From: Bifidobacteriaceae bacterium
GTDB taxonomy: Bacteria > Actinomycetota > Actinomycetes > Actinomycetales > WQXJ01
Reading direction: 5' to 3'
DNA: 64,000 bases
Assembly: GCA_031278655.1 (NCBI GenBank)
Contig: JAITJZ010000010.1
Coordinates: forward strand, 5,881-69,880
Position 1 is the first letter of the stretch, and each line of letters starts with the position of its first letter. Below, piece after piece: positions 35,122-46,130 of the stretch. A model generated the notes under the pieces. The model did not search any database. It was not told the DNA's origin and saw nothing but the letters and a program-made list of their open reading frames with translations. The translations under genes and the position numbers were made by a program.

Positions 35122-36354
35122 TCATTCCGCCCGCAGCGCGTCGACGGGCGCCAGTTTGGCCGCGCGGGTGGCGGGATAAACGCCGAAGACCACGCCGATC
35201 CCGACAGCCACCGCCAGGGCGCCGAACACCGCCGGCCAGGAAACAACGATCGACGAGCCGAGCACCGTGGGCAGGGCCAGCGCCAGGGTCACGCCCAACC
35301 CCACCCCCAGCACGCCGCCGACCAGCCCAAGGGTGGTGGCCTCGACCAGGAATTGCCGGCGGATGGCGAAGGGTTTGGCGCCCAGCGCCTTGCGCAACCC
35401 GATCTCGCGGGTCCGTTCGGTGACGGAGACCAACATGATGTTCATCACTCCAATCCCGCCCACCAGCAGGGCGATGGCCGCGATCCCGACCAGCAGCACC
35501 GTCAGGGTGCGGTAGACGGCGGTGGCGGTGGACACCAACGCGTCCTGGGAGGAGATCGAGAAGTCGGCCGCCGAAGCGTCGGTGATCCCGTGGAGGTTCA
35601 ACAACAGCGTCTCGGCCTCTTGGTACGCCGCCGAAAGCGTGTCCTGGGCGGTCGCCTGGATGTAGATCGTCTGCACCGACGCGCCGGTGGTGGAGGTCGA
35701 GATCTGCGCCGAGTAGGTCGCCATCGGCACCACTGCGAGGTCGTCCAGGTTGGTGTCGTCAGACGAGCCCTGTTCCGCCAGCACGCCGATGACCTCGTAG
35801 GTGACCGAGTCGATGGTCAGGGAACGCCCGGCCGCCCAGGCGCTGCCGAACAGTTCGGCGGCGGTTTCCGAACCGAGCACGATGACGTTGGCGCCGGCCT
35901 CGGCGTCATCATCGGAGAAGAACTCGCCTTGCAGCAGCGTCCGCGAGCGGACCTGGGGCCATGAGGTGGTGGTGCCGGTGACGGTGGTGGTCCAGTTGGT
36001 GTCGCCGTTCTCCAAGGACACCGATGTCGAAGCCTCCGCAGCCACGTCGGCGATGTCCGGCGCGGCCACCGCCGAACCCAAGGCCGCGGCATCGTCCAAG
36101 GTCAGGCTGGTGGATGAGCCGAAACCGCCGCGAATGCCCTCCGAACTGGTGACGGACCCCGGGCGAACGATCAACAAATTCGACCCGAGCGAGGAAATCG
36201 ACTCCGAGACGTCCTTCTGCGTGCCCAAGCCCAAACCCACGGTCAGAATCACGGCCGCGATGCCGATCAAGATGCCGACAATCGTCAACACCGACCGCAT
36301 CGCGTGCGAGCGGATGGCCGCCAGGCCGGTGCGGATCGTCTCGCCCCAGCTCAT
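35122..36354 (-). CDS. ABC transporter permease, MacB/FtsX family
   Basis: [36 protein letters not shown]-terminus, a large periplasmic domain and a C-terminal FtsX-type 3-TM bundle. ATGA overlap with the ATPase gene. Confidence 0.88.
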   Translation of the reverse strand: MSWGETIRTGLAAIRSHAMRSVLTIVGILIGIAAVILTVGLGLGTQKDVSESISSLGSNLLIVRPGSVTSSEGIRGGFGSSTSLTLDDAAALGSAVAAPDIADVAAEASTSVSLENGDTNWTTTVTGTTTSWPQVRSRTLLQGEFFSDDDAEAGANVIVLGSETAAELFGSAWAAGRSLTIDSVTYEVIGVLAEQGSSDDTNLDDLAVVPMATYSAQISTSTTGASVQTIYIQATAQDTLSAAYQEAETLLLNLHGITDASAADFSISSQDALVSTATAVYRTLTVLLVGIAAIALLVGGIGVMNIMLVSVTERTREIGLRKALGAKPFAIRRQFLVEATTLGLVGGVLGVGLGVTLALALPTVLGSSIVVSWPAVFGALAVAVGIGVVFGVYPATRAAKLAPVDALRAE

Positions 36355-37064
36355 GACTCGTCCGCCTGACTGGCGGGGGCCTGCGGCCGCTCCAGGATCA
36401 TCCCGTCGCGGACCTCGATGGAGCGGTCGGTCCGCCGCGCCACATCCCAATCGTGGGTGATCAGCACCACGGTCCGCCCGCTGCGGTGGACCTGGTCGAA
36501 GACATCCAGAATCTCCCGCGCCGAAGCCGAATCAAGGTTGCCGGTCGGCTCGTCCGCCAGCAGCAATGTCGGCTCGGTCACCAGCGCGCGGGCGATGGCC
36601 ACCCGCTGCTGCTGGCCGCCGGACAATTGGCCGGGCCGGTTGCCCAGCTTCTCGCCCAGCCCGACGCTCTCCAGCGCCGCCACCGCCCGGCGTTTGCGTT
36701 CGGCCGGGCCAACCCCGGCGTAGGACAGCGGCAATTCGACGTTGCGCCAGGCCGACATCGCCGGCAGGAGGTTGAACTGTTGGAAGACGAAGCCGATCCG
36801 TCGGCCGCGGACTTCGGCCAAGTCGACCTCGTCCATCTGGCTGACGTCCTCGCCCGCGATCTCATAGCGACCCTCGGTCGCCACGTCCAGGCAGCCGAGG
36901 ATGTTCATCAGGGTCGACTTGCCAGAGCCAGACGGGCCGACAACGGCCACGTACTCGCCTTCGTCAATGGTCAGGCTGACTCCGCGCAAGGCCTCGCATT
37001 CGATTTCTCCGCTGGAGTAAACCTTGCGCACATTGTCCAACCGAATCACGGCCGCCTCAGCCAT
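36351..37064 (-). CDS. ABC transporter ATP-binding protein (MacB/LolD-like)
   Basis: Walker [11 protein letters not shown], signature [15 protein letters not shown], Walker [13 protein letters not shown]. Confidence 0.95.
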   Translation of the reverse strand: MAEAAVIRLDNVRKVYSSGEIECEALRGVSLTIDEGEYVAVVGPSGSGKSTLMNILGCLDVATEGRYEIAGEDVSQMDEVDLAEVRGRRIGFVFQQFNLLPAMSAWRNVELPLSYAGVGPAERKRRAVAALESVGLGEKLGNRPGQLSGGQQQRVAIARALVTEPTLLLADEPTGNLDSASAREILDVFDQVHRSGRTVVLITHDWDVARRTDRSIEVRDGMILERPQAPASQADES

Positions 37065-38403
37065 TGGGCATGCCCCCTCCGCCCATTTGGAACCCGCCGC
37101 CCCCGGGCGCGCCGCCGCCCGGCATGTTCTCGAAGGAGAATTCGCCGCCGCCGGGCATGCCGCCGCCCATTTGGAAGCGCTCCTCGAAGCCGGTCTCCCC
37201 GCCTGACTCGGTCGATCCGGTCGAGACCGCGACCGTGATCTGGACCTCGTCGCCTTCGGCCAGGCCGGATGTGATCTCGATCAGGGAGCCGGCCGTCTCG
37301 CCGACGGCGACCTCCGTCCTGGTGGCGACCGAGTCGACCAGCTTGTCCACGTAGGTGACGCCATCGATGGTCTGGACCGCGCTCAGCGGCACCGTCAGAA
37401 CGTCGGCGCGCCGCTCGTAGATCAGCTCCACGGTGGCGCTGAGACCGTCGAACAGACCCTCTGGCTGCCCGGTGACCTCCACCACGACGGGGAACATGGC
37501 GCTCCCGCCGGAGGTTGAGGCCACCCGGCCCAACGACGAGATGACGCCGAAGATCGTGTCGGTGATCCCGTCGACGGTGATCTCCGCCTGGCCGCCTATC
37601 TCCAGCAAGGCCAGGTCGGCGTCCGAGACCCGCAGGTCGATCGACCAGGAGTCGGCGCCCACAATGGTGAACGCGGCCGTCGTGGTGCTGGTCGCGGTTG
37701 CGGCGCCGCCGCCGGCGCCCATGCCCCCGGCCGTCCCGGAGCTTGACCCGCCGGCGCCGGACGACCCGACGGCATCGCCCACCGCCACGCTGACCGACGT
37801 GATCTGGCCGGCCGCCGGGGCCACCAAGACGGCATCGGCCATGTTTTCCTCGGCTGTGTCGAGGTTGGCCTGCGCGACCTCGACCTGCGCCTCGGCGGCC
37901 GCGATCTTGGCGTCCGAGGCGGTGCTGGCGTCCGCGGCCGCCTGCGCCGAGGCCAGCGTGGCTTCGGCCTGCGCCAAGGTCGCCACCGCCTCCAGCCGGG
38001 CCGCCTCCAGGCGGAGGGTGTCAATGGTGGCCAGCGTCTGTCCCGCCTCGACCATGTCTCCCTCGGCCACGTCGACGCTCAGGACGGTTCCGCTGGCCTC
38101 GAAGGCGACGGTCTCGTTGACGGCTTGGGTGATGGTGCCGGTCGCGGAGACGGACTTGTCGAGGGTTTGGAGGCTGGCCGTGGCCGTCTGGGTGATGACC
38201 GCGTCGGCTTCGGCTTCGGGGGTGCCCCACACCAGCCAATAGGTGCCCACGCCCACCACCAGGACGCCGCCGGCGGCCACCGCCCAGGGCCAGCGCCGCC
38301 GCCGCCCGCGTCCGTTTTTGCGCCCTTTGCCCGATGCCGTCCGGGCGGCGCCCGCGCCCGGGTCCTTCCCGGTTTGGGCCCGCTGACGTGTCCGAGCGAA
38401 CAT
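37057..38403 (-). CDS. HlyD-type periplasmic adaptor (membrane fusion protein)
   Basis: Basic N-terminus plus a TM helix (WPWAVAAGGVLVVGVGTYWLVW). Lipoyl motif GDMVEAGQTLATIDTLRLEAA. C-terminal Gly/Met-rich tail. Start at ATG 38403; the track ORF start at 38649 is unsupported. Confidence 0.85.
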   Translation of the reverse strand: MFARTRQRAQTGKDPGAGAARTASGKGRKNGRGRRRRWPWAVAAGGVLVVGVGTYWLVWGTPEAEADAVITQTATASLQTLDKSVSATGTITQAVNETVAFEASGTVLSVDVAEGDMVEAGQTLATIDTLRLEAARLEAVATLAQAEATLASAQAAADASTASDAKIAAAEAQVEVAQANLDTAEENMADAVLVAPAAGQITSVSVAVGDAVGSSGAGGSSSGTAGGMGAGGGAATATSTTTAAFTIVGADSWSIDLRVSDADLALLEIGGQAEITVDGITDTIFGVISSLGRVASTSGGSAMFPVVVEVTGQPEGLFDGLSATVELIYERRADVLTVPLSAVQTIDGVTYVDKLVDSVATRTEVAVGETAGSLIEITSGLAEGDEVQITVAVSTGSTESGGETGFEERFQMGGGMPGGGEFSFENMPGGGAPGGGGFQMGGGGMPNG

Positions 38404-38534
38404 GTGGGGGAGTCCTTTCAGTCGGCTGTTTGGACCAACCATGGCAGGCCAATCTCGTTGAATCATTGAAATAGCCTGTGAACGGCCTGGGAACGGTTGT
38501 GGCGTTCGCCGACGCCCGATGCCGTCTGGCCGGG

Positions 38535-39332
38535 TCAGCGCTTGAGGCTGGCGGTGACGATCAGGGTCGAAGGCACCAGGCGGCCGCGTGCGCGCGACCA
38601 GGCGCCCCACTGGCCGTCGGCGGCCGCGGCCCCAAGGTCCGCCGGCCATTCCGGCTCGATCAGGCCGTTGATCGTGAAGCCGGCCGCCGTCAGCGCGAAG
38701 ACGTGGTCGGCGAAGGTGGCGTGGTACTGCGTGTAGCGCAGGCGGCCGTCATCGGACCGTTCGAAGTAAGGCTCGCGGTCGAAGTAGGACCGCTGCACCG
38801 ACAAGAGCGCCGGGTCGGGGGAGTCTGGGAAGACCCAGGCGAACGGGTGGTCGGTGGCGAAGACCCAACGCCCGCCGGGCCGCAGGACCCGCGCCACCTC
38901 GCGGTGAACGGCCGCCAGTGACGGGACGAACGGCAAGGCGCCCATGGCGCTGAAGGCCAGGTCGAAGCTGCCGCCGGCGAATGGCAGGGCGGCGGCGTCG
39001 GCTTGGGCCAACGCGAAACCGGAGACGCCCAAGCGCCGGGCCACGGCCAACATGCCCGCCGACGAGTCGATCCCGACCGCCTGGGCGCCGGCCCCGGCCG
39101 CCCAGCGCGATCCCTGGGCGGCGCCGCAGCCGATCTCGATGACCCGGCGGCCCGCGACTTCGCCCAGCAGCCGCGCCCGGTCCTCGTCAACGCCCTCCGG
39201 GCACCAGATCAACCGGTCGTCGCCAAGGAACTGTCCGTGCTGGCGGTAATAGTCCTCGGCCTGCGTCTCCCAGTAGGCGACTTCGGGATCGGGGCGCTCA
39301 TCGGCGCCGACCGGGCCGTAACCGCTCATCAC
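38535..39332 (-). CDS. Class I SAM-dependent methyltransferase
   Basis: SAM motif I VIEIGCGAAQGS and post-I/II motifs (GIDSSAGML, FDLAFS). Confidence 0.8.
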   Translation of the reverse strand: MMSGYGPVGADERPDPEVAYWETQAEDYYRQHGQFLGDDRLIWCPEGVDEDRARLLGEVAGRRVIEIGCGAAQGSRWAAGAGAQAVGIDSSAGMLAVARRLGVSGFALAQADAAALPFAGGSFDLAFSAMGALPFVPSLAAVHREVARVLRPGGRWVFATDHPFAWVFPDSPDPALLSVQRSYFDREPYFERSDDGRLRYTQYHATFADHVFALTAAGFTINGLIEPEWPADLGAAAADGQWGAWSRARGRLVPSTLIVTASLKR

Positions 39333-39432
39333 TGGTTCAGTATGGCGCCACGGCTTTCGGGGACACGCCGGTAGGATTCTTCAGGACGCGACGCCCGGCC
39401 GCGGGCGATCGCCAAGAGGGAGAGGAACGGTC

Positions 39433-40458
39433 ATGCGAATCGGAGTTTTGACTGGTGGGGGAGACGTTCCGGGCCTGAACGCCGCGATCAGGGCGGTCGT
39501 CAAGCGGGCTGAGATGGAGTACGGGCACTCGGTGGTCGGGTTCCGCAACGGCTGGCGCGGCGTGGTAGAGGGCGACATCACGGCGCTGACCCGCGAGGAT
39601 GTGCGCGGGATTCTGCCGCGCGGCGGCACCATGCTGGGCACCGCCCGCTACCATCCGCACAAGAATGAGGGCGGGATCGACGGCGTCCTTTCGACCCTCG
39701 AGGCTGAGCGCGTCGAGGCGCTGATCTGCATCGGCGGCGACGGCACGCTCAAAGCCGCGCACAGGGTCGCCAAGGCGGGCGTCAAAGTGGTGGGCATTCC
39801 CAAGACCATCGACAACGATGTCGAGGGCACCGACCTGTCGATCGGCTTCCACACCGCCATCAACATCGCCACCGAGGCGATCGACCGCCTGCACACGACC
39901 GCCGAGTCGCACAACCGCGTCATGGTGGTCGAGGTCATGGGCCACACAGTTGGTTGGATCGCGGTCAACGCCGGCATCGCCGGCGGCGCCGACCTCATCA
40001 TCACCCCCGAGGAACCTTTCGACATCGAGGAGATCGCGCGTTTCCTGCGCCGTCGCCACCGTTCGCACGCGAACTTCTCAATCGTGGTGGTGGCGGAGGG
40101 CGCCGAGCCCGCCGAGGGCACTGACCTGCAGTTCTCCACCCAAATCGATGAGAAGGGGCGGATTGTGGCCGGCTCGATCGGCGAGCGGCTGATGATGGAG
40201 TTGAAGGAGCGCACCGGTTTCGACACCCGCCTGACGGTCCTTGGCCACGTCCAGCGCGGCGGCACGCCGACGCCGACCGACCGCATCCTGGGCTCGCGCT
40301 TCGGGATCGCGGCGGTGGACGCCCTGTCCAACGGCGCCTTCGGCGTCATGACGGCGGTCCGCGGCGAGGAGATCGTGCTGGTGCCGCTGGAGGAGATCGC
40401 CGGCAAGGTCAAGCAGGTGCCCGAGGACCTGGTGGAGGTGGCCCGCGCGCTCTGGTGA
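39433..40458 (+). CDS. pfkA: 6-phosphofructokinase (GGDGT / PKTIDND type)
   Basis: MRIGVLTGGGDVPGLNAAIRAVV, IGGDGT, PKTIDNDV and MGHTVGWIA motifs. Confidence 0.92.
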   Translation: MRIGVLTGGGDVPGLNAAIRAVVKRAEMEYGHSVVGFRNGWRGVVEGDITALTREDVRGILPRGGTMLGTARYHPHKNEGGIDGVLSTLEAERVEALICIGGDGTLKAAHRVAKAGVKVVGIPKTIDNDVEGTDLSIGFHTAINIATEAIDRLHTTAESHNRVMVVEVMGHTVGWIAVNAGIAGGADLIITPEEPFDIEEIARFLRRRHRSHANFSIVVVAEGAEPAEGTDLQFSTQIDEKGRIVAGSIGERLMMELKERTGFDTRLTVLGHVQRGGTPTPTDRILGSRFGIAAVDALSNGAFGVMTAVRGEEIVLVPLEEIAGKVKQVPEDLVEVARALW

Positions 40459-40482
40459 CGCCGCGCGGCCGCGTCTTGGCGG

Positions 40483-41586
40483 TCAGCGGTTGACGCGGGC
40501 GTTTCCGCCGCCGGCCAGCCGCCTGACCTCGGCTTCGGTCGCCATCGAGACGTCGCCTGGGGTGGTCATGGCCAGGGCGCCGTGGGCGGCGCCCAAGTTG
40601 ACGGCGGCTGCCAGGTCCTCGCCGCCCAGCAGGGCGTGGATCAAGCCGGAGGCGAAGGAGTCGCCGCCGCCAACGCGGTCCAAAATCTCCAAGCGGTCCC
40701 GCTGCGCGGCCCGCACCAGGCCCGTCTCACGCGACCAGGCGACCGCGCCCCAATCGTTGACGCTGGCGGAACGGACCCGACGCAGGGTCGTGGCCACCAC
40801 CTTGAGGTTGGGATACGTCTCGACGACGCGCTCGATCATGGCGCCGAACGATTCGACGGGCAGGTCGGAGAGGTTCTCATCGACGCCTTCGACGTCGAAG
40901 CCCAAGGCGGCCGTGAAGTCTTCCTCGTTGCCTATCATCACGTCCACCAAGGGGGCGATGGCGCGGTTGACTTCTCGGGCGCGGTCGCGTCCGCCGGACG
41001 CCCGCCACAGGCTCGGGCGGTAGTTGAGGTCGTAGGAGACCACCGCGCCGTGGCGATGAGCGGCTTCGGCGGCGGCCAAGGCGGTCTCGGCCGAGGCGTC
41101 AGACAGGGCGGCGTAGATGCCGCCGGTGTGCAGCCAGCGGGCGGCGCGCCCCCCGAACAGGCCCTCCAGGTCGATGTCCGCGGGGCGCAGGGCGCCGATG
41201 GCGGTGTGGCCGCGATCGGAGACCCCGACGGCGCCGCGCACGCCGAAGCCGCGTTCGGTGAAGTTCAAGCCGTTGCGGGCGGCCCGGCCGACACCGTCGA
41301 AGTCGAGCCACTTGATCCAGGACGTGTCCACCCCGCCCGCCAGGATCAATTCCTCGATCAGGCGGCCGACGCCGTTGTCCACCAAGGCCGTGACCACGGC
41401 CGCCGAACGGCCGAAGACCCGGCTGAGCCCCCTGGCGACGTTGTATTCGCCGCCGCCCTCCCAGCAGCGAAAGCTCCGCGCCGAACGGATGCGGCCCTCG
41501 CCCGGGTCCAGCCGGAGCATGACCTCGCCCAAGGAGACGATGTCGTAGCACCCGCCGCCGGCCGGCCTCACCTCCACAGCCGCCAT
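40483..41586 (-). CDS. kdgK: 2-dehydro-3-deoxygluconokinase (PfkB family sugar kinase)
   Basis: PfkB signatures (SLGEVMLRLDP, GGGDSFASGLIHALL). Adjacent to eda. ATG at 41586. Confidence 0.85.
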   Translation of the reverse strand: MAAVEVRPAGGGCYDIVSLGEVMLRLDPGEGRIRSARSFRCWEGGGEYNVARGLSRVFGRSAAVVTALVDNGVGRLIEELILAGGVDTSWIKWLDFDGVGRAARNGLNFTERGFGVRGAVGVSDRGHTAIGALRPADIDLEGLFGGRAARWLHTGGIYAALSDASAETALAAAEAAHRHGAVVSYDLNYRPSLWRASGGRDRAREVNRAIAPLVDVMIGNEEDFTAALGFDVEGVDENLSDLPVESFGAMIERVVETYPNLKVVATTLRRVRSASVNDWGAVAWSRETGLVRAAQRDRLEILDRVGGGDSFASGLIHALLGGEDLAAAVNLGAAHGALAMTTPGDVSMATEAEVRRLAGGGNARVNR

Positions 41587-41587
41587 C

Positions 41588-42235
41588 TCAGTTGTCCTTC
41601 CCCGCCGCCTGGGCCGCGGCCACGGCATCGGCGGTCAATTCTGTGATCCGGCCCCAATCGCCGTCCCTGATCGCGTCCCGGGGCACCATCCAGGAGCCGC
41701 CGACCGCCGCCACATTCGGCAGGGCCAGGTAGGCGCCCAGGTTGGCCGGGCCGATCCCGCCCGTCGGCACGAACTTGACCTGCCCAAACGGGCCGCCAAG
41801 GGCCTTGATGGCGGCCGGGCCGCCAGCGATCGAGGCGGGGAAGAACTTGAGCGTGTCGAGCCCAAGCTCAAGCGCGACCTGCACCTCGGTGGCGGTCACC
41901 GCCCCCGGCAAGGCGACCATCCCGACCTCGCGGCAACGCTCGACCACGGACCGCGACAATCCGGGGCTGACCGCGAAGCGAGCCCCGGCGGCGGCGGCGG
42001 CGTCGACTTGCTCGACGCTGAGCACGCTGCCCGCGCCCACCAACAGCCCGGGCGTGGAGGCGATCTGACGGATGGCGCTGAGGCCCGCCGGGGTCCTGAG
42101 CGTGATCTCCGCCACCGGCAACCCGCCGGCCTGCAACGCTCGCGCCAACGGCGCGGCCGCGTCCGGGTTGTCCAACACCACCACCGGCACTATCAAATGC
42201 CTGGTCAATTCCGTGGCCACATCGCCACTTGCCAT
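41588..42235 (-). CDS. eda: 2-dehydro-3-deoxyphosphogluconate (KDPG) aldolase
   Basis: EITLRTPAGL, LKFFPA and KFVPTGGI motifs of the Eda family. Confidence 0.9.
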   Translation of the reverse strand: MASGDVATELTRHLIVPVVVLDNPDAAAPLARALQAGGLPVAEITLRTPAGLSAIRQIASTPGLLVGAGSVLSVEQVDAAAAAGARFAVSPGLSRSVVERCREVGMVALPGAVTATEVQVALELGLDTLKFFPASIAGGPAAIKALGGPFGQVKFVPTGGIGPANLGAYLALPNVAAVGGSWMVPRDAIRDGDWGRITELTADAVAAAQAAGKDN

Positions 42236-42256
42236 GTCAGTTCCTTTCGTGTGCTT

Positions 42257-43384
42257 TCACTTGTTCTGTTCAGATTGGTCTTCGCCGCCGGCGCCGCCCA
42301 GTCGCAGCATCACCTTGCTGGAACCGGTGGTGCGGTCGGCCGCGACCGCCATCGCCCGCGCCGCCTGGTCCAGGTCGAAGGTGTGCGTCATGACCGCGTC
42401 AACACTAAGCCCGTCCGCCAGCAGCGCCAACGCGTCGCTCATCTCGCCGACGAAGCGGAAACTGCCCAGCCAGGTGATCTCGCGGGTGATCAGGTCGCCC
42501 AGAGCGGCGCTGACCGGCGCCGCGGGCAGGTTGCCGACCTGCACCAAGACCCCGCCGGGGGCGGTCGCGCGGAGCACCCCGGCCAGGGCCGGGGCGGCGC
42601 CGGAGGCCTCGAAGACCAGCGGGCAGCCATCCGGGAGCGCCGCTTCGGCGGTGTTGACGACGGCGTCCGCGCCCATCGCGCGAGCGATCCCGAGTGGCGC
42701 GGCGGCCACGTCGGCGGCTATGACATGGCGCGCGCCCAGCCGCTTGGCCACTGCCACGACCATCGAGCCGATCGGTCCGGCGCCGTTGACCAAGACCGGT
42801 CCGGCGCTGAGCGGGCCGAAGGCCGTCAGGGCGCGGTTGACGGCGTGGATGGCGACCGCGAGCGGTTCGGCCAGGGCGGCGTGACGGGTGTCGACGGCAT
42901 CGGGCAGAGGCAACAACTGGTCCGCTGGGACCACCTTGTATTCGGCGAAACCGCCGTCTGTGTGTGGGAACACGGCCGCCGAGCCGTAGTAGCGGACGCG
43001 CGGATGCAGGTTCGAACGGCCGGCGATCCGGGCGGGCAGCGTGGCGTCGCCGATCGGCGCGGCCGGGTAGACGGCCACGGGCAGGCCCAAGTCGATCCGC
43101 CCCACGCCCGCCGCCAGGGCGGCCTCCCGCGACCCCGGCCCCAGCGCGGCGATCCGCCCGGCGAACTCGTGCCCCAGCACCAACGGGGCCTTGAGCTGGG
43201 CCGTCCCGGACCCGCCGTGGCGCCAATAGGCCACGTCAGAGCCGCAAATCCCGCCCCATTCGACGGCCAGCAGGACCTCGCCGGGCCCGGGCGGCGCCAC
43301 CGGGCGCCGCTCGACGCGCAAATCGCCGGGGCCGTGGACCACGACGGCTTTCATGGTCGCCGCCGGCGCGGCGCCGGCCGTCAC
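42257..43384 (-). CDS. Zinc-dependent alcohol/polyol dehydrogenase (L-gulonate/L-idonate 5-dehydrogenase-like)
   Basis: GICGSDV and LGHEFAG zinc motifs, and a VNGAGPIGS Rossmann motif. Substrate is inferred from context only. Confidence 0.8.
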   Translation of the reverse strand: MTAGAAPAATMKAVVVHGPGDLRVERRPVAPPGPGEVLLAVEWGGICGSDVAYWRHGGSGTAQLKAPLVLGHEFAGRIAALGPGSREAALAAGVGRIDLGLPVAVYPAAPIGDATLPARIAGRSNLHPRVRYYGSAAVFPHTDGGFAEYKVVPADQLLPLPDAVDTRHAALAEPLAVAIHAVNRALTAFGPLSAGPVLVNGAGPIGSMVVAVAKRLGARHVIAADVAAAPLGIARAMGADAVVNTAEAALPDGCPLVFEASGAAPALAGVLRATAPGGVLVQVGNLPAAPVSAALGDLITREITWLGSFRFVGEMSDALALLADGLSVDAVMTHTFDLDQAARAMAVAADRTTGSSKVMLRLGGAGGEDQSEQNK

Positions 43385-44886
43385 TTCGGCGCCCCTTCGG
43401 CCGCCAGTGATTCCATCCGCGCGGCCACCCGGCCGATCAGTTCGCCGTCCGCGGCCAGATCGGGGGCGCCCACCAGGGTCAGGATTTGCCCGATGCCGTC
43501 GCCGCGGCTGCCAGCGGACGCCCAGATGGCCGCGAACCGCTCGGCCTTCGGGTCGCTGACGCCGCCGCCGCGCCCGCCGTCCGGCCTGGTGGCGGCGGCC
43601 CAGGCGGCCAGGGCCAGGACGAGCGTGTCGACTGGCCGGGCGGCGCGCCGCAGTTGGCGCAGCGGCGTCAGCCAGCGCTCCTGGACTTTGAGGGAGCCGT
43701 CCGAGGCGATCTGGCGGAGTTGGTGTTTGATGGCCGGATTGGCGAAGCGGCTGATCAGCTCCTCGGCGTAGGCGGCCGGGTCGGGTCCGCCTGGCGGCAA
43801 GGTCGCCGCCACCTCTGCGGCCAGGGCCCTGACCAGGCTCGGGCCCCAGGCGGTGCGCATGGTCTGGTCAACGGTGTCCAGGCCGGCGGCCAGCCCAAGG
43901 TAGGCGATGACCGAATGCGCCCCGTTCAGCAAGCGCAGCTTTGTCAGGGCGAAGGGCGCCACGTCGGCGGTGAACTGGGCGCCGGCCGCCTGCCAGGGCG
44001 GGCGGGCGGTGGCGAAAGAGTCTTCGATGACCCATTGCCGGTAAGGCTCGCCGACAACCGCCATCGAATCCTCGAGCCCGAGCGCCGCCTCGGCGGCGGC
44101 GCGGTCGCTGTCAGTGGTCGCTGGCACAATCCTGTCGACAACAGTTTCTGGGAAGGCGGCCGAGTCGGCGACCCAGGCGGCGAGGGCCGCCGAGTCGGCC
44201 CAATGAGAGGCGGTGATGAAATCGAGGACCACTTGACGCAGGGCCGGACCGTTTCCGGCCATATTGTCGGCTGACACGATTGTCAGCGGCGCCCGGTGGG
44301 CGTGGAAGCGCCGCGCCAGGCCAAAAGCCAGGTGCCCGATGACGCTGACCGGCCGCCGTCCTTGGGGCCCGGACCCGGCGGCGGGGCTGGCTGCGGCCGC
44401 GCGGCCGGTGAGGGCCAGGTCGGCGGCGATGGCCGGGTTGGCGGTGTCGAGGCGGCCCGTGCCCGCCAGGCGCGCGTAGCCCTTCTCGGTCACCGTCAAC
44501 GTGACCACCCCCAAATCGGCGCTGGCCAGGAGGCTTTGGACGCGCTCGGCGCTGGCGGCGGCGTGCAGGACCTCGATGATCGACCCGATCAGGCGCGTGC
44601 TGGGCGCGCCCGGGGCCTTGTCTGTGACCGAGTAGAGGCAGTCCTGGGCGCGCAGGCGGCTGACGGTGGCGGCCGAACTGGGCGCCACCGCCACGATGCC
44701 CCAGTCGCCGCCGGTGGCATGATTGCCGATTTCTGTGTACACGGCCTGGTGGGCGCGGTGGAACGCGCCCAGGCCGAAGTGCAGGATTCGCGGCGCCAGG
44801 CGGGCGCGGTCCACCAGCGGCTGGCGTTCGGGCGGCAAGGCGGCGGCGGCGCGCGCGCACAACTGCGGTCTCATCGGTCTCACCAA
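43381..44886 (-). CDS. uxuB: Mannitol dehydrogenase family oxidoreductase (fructuronate reductase-like)
   Basis: [18 protein letters not shown]-terminal motif and about 500 aa length, typical of UxuB/mannitol 2-dehydrogenase. An alternative ATG lies four codons downstream. Confidence 0.82.
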   Translation of the reverse strand: MVRPMRPQLCARAAAALPPERQPLVDRARLAPRILHFGLGAFHRAHQAVYTEIGNHATGGDWGIVAVAPSSAATVSRLRAQDCLYSVTDKAPGAPSTRLIGSIIEVLHAAASAERVQSLLASADLGVVTLTVTEKGYARLAGTGRLDTANPAIAADLALTGRAAAASPAAGSGPQGRRPVSVIGHLAFGLARRFHAHRAPLTIVSADNMAGNGPALRQVVLDFITASHWADSAALAAWVADSAAFPETVVDRIVPATTDSDRAAAEAALGLEDSMAVVGEPYRQWVIEDSFATARPPWQAAGAQFTADVAPFALTKLRLLNGAHSVIAYLGLAAGLDTVDQTMRTAWGPSLVRALAAEVAATLPPGGPDPAAYAEELISRFANPAIKHQLRQIASDGSLKVQERWLTPLRQLRRAARPVDTLVLALAAWAAATRPDGGRGGGVSDPKAERFAAIWASAGSRGDGIGQILTLVGAPDLAADGELIGRVAARMESLAAEGAPK

Positions 44887-46091
44887 TCGTGGACCGAGCC
44901 GTCGAGGCGGCGCGCGACCGGCAGGTACTTGGGCGAGAAATCGGCGAAGCGGGCGGCGGCGGCATCGTCGTATTCGACTCCCAGCCCTGGCGCCTCGCTG
45001 ACGTGCAGGTAACCGCCGTCCAGGCGCAGGCCGGTGTGAAAGACCTCGGCCGCCTCGGGCGGATGCCCCATGTGCTCCTGAATGCCGAAGTTGGGGATGG
45101 CGGTGTCGATGTGGGCGGCCGCGGCCATCGCCACCGGCGACAGGTCGGAGGCCCCGTGCGAGCCGGAGCGGACTTGGTAGAGCGCGGCCAGATCGAAGAT
45201 GCGCTTGAGATGCGTCAAGCCGCCGGCGTGGACCACGGTGGTGCGGACGTAGTCGATCAATTGGCGCGTGATCAGGTGTTGCACGTCCCAGATCGAGGTC
45301 AGAGCCTCGCCAACCGCGATCGGCGTGGTGGTGTGGCGGCGGATCAATTCGAAAGACTCCTGACTGTCCGCGGGAGTCGGGTCCTCCATCCAGAACAGGC
45401 GCAGCGGCTCGACGGCCTTGCCGAAGCGGGCGGCCTCGATTGGCGTCAACCGGTGGTGGACGTCATGGAGCAGATGGAAGCCGAAGCCGAAGCGTTCGCG
45501 GACCTGGGCCAGGTAGGTCGGCGCGAAGTCGAGGTAGGCCTCGGTCGACCAGGGCTGTTCCTCCGGCAGGGCGGCGTTGGCGGGCTCGTAGCGCCCGCCG
45601 TGGGCCACCCCGTAGGTGCCGGCGATCCCAGGCACTTGGGCTTGGGCGCGGATGGCCAAGAATCCGGCGTCGAGCAGGCGGGCGACGTCATCCAGCAGCT
45701 CGGGCACGGACGCGCCGGAGGCGTGCGGGTAGACCATGACGCCGTCGCGCGAGCGCCCGCCCAACAGCTGATAGACGGGCAGGCCGGCGGTCTTGCCTTT
45801 GATGTCCCACAGGGCGGTGTCGACCGCGGCGATGGCGGTCATGGTGACCGGCCCCCGGCGCCAGTAGGCGCCCTTGAACAGGTATTGCCAGGTGTCCTCG
45901 ATTCGGGCTGGATCGCGGCCTATCAGCAACGGCGCAACGTGGTCCCTCAGGTAGTGGGCCACGGCCAGCTCGCGCCCGTTGAGGGTGGCGTCGCCAAGCC
46001 CGGTGACGCCGTCGGTTGTCGTCAGCCGCAGGCTGACGAAATTGCGGCCGGGGCTGGTCAAGAGGACTTCGGCGGATTCGACGCGGCTCAT
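44880..46091 (-). CDS. manD: D-mannonate dehydratase, enolase-superfamily type (ManD)
   Basis: N-terminus (...[32 protein letters not shown]...[25 protein letters not shown]) matches the ManD subgroup pattern. Confidence 0.85.
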   Translation of the reverse strand: MSRVESAEVLLTSPGRNFVSLRLTTTDGVTGLGDATLNGRELAVAHYLRDHVAPLLIGRDPARIEDTWQYLFKGAYWRRGPVTMTAIAAVDTALWDIKGKTAGLPVYQLLGGRSRDGVMVYPHASGASVPELLDDVARLLDAGFLAIRAQAQVPGIAGTYGVAHGGRYEPANAALPEEQPWSTEAYLDFAPTYLAQVRERFGFGFHLLHDVHHRLTPIEAARFGKAVEPLRLFWMEDPTPADSQESFELIRRHTTTPIAVGEALTSIWDVQHLITRQLIDYVRTTVVHAGGLTHLKRIFDLAALYQVRSGSHGASDLSPVAMAAAAHIDTAIPNFGIQEHMGHPPEAAEVFHTGLRLDGGYLHVSEAPGLGVEYDDAAAARFADFSPKYLPVARRLDGSVHDW

Positions 46092-46130
46092 TCAGGACGC
46101 TCCTTAGGTTCGCAGACCAATGTATACCGC

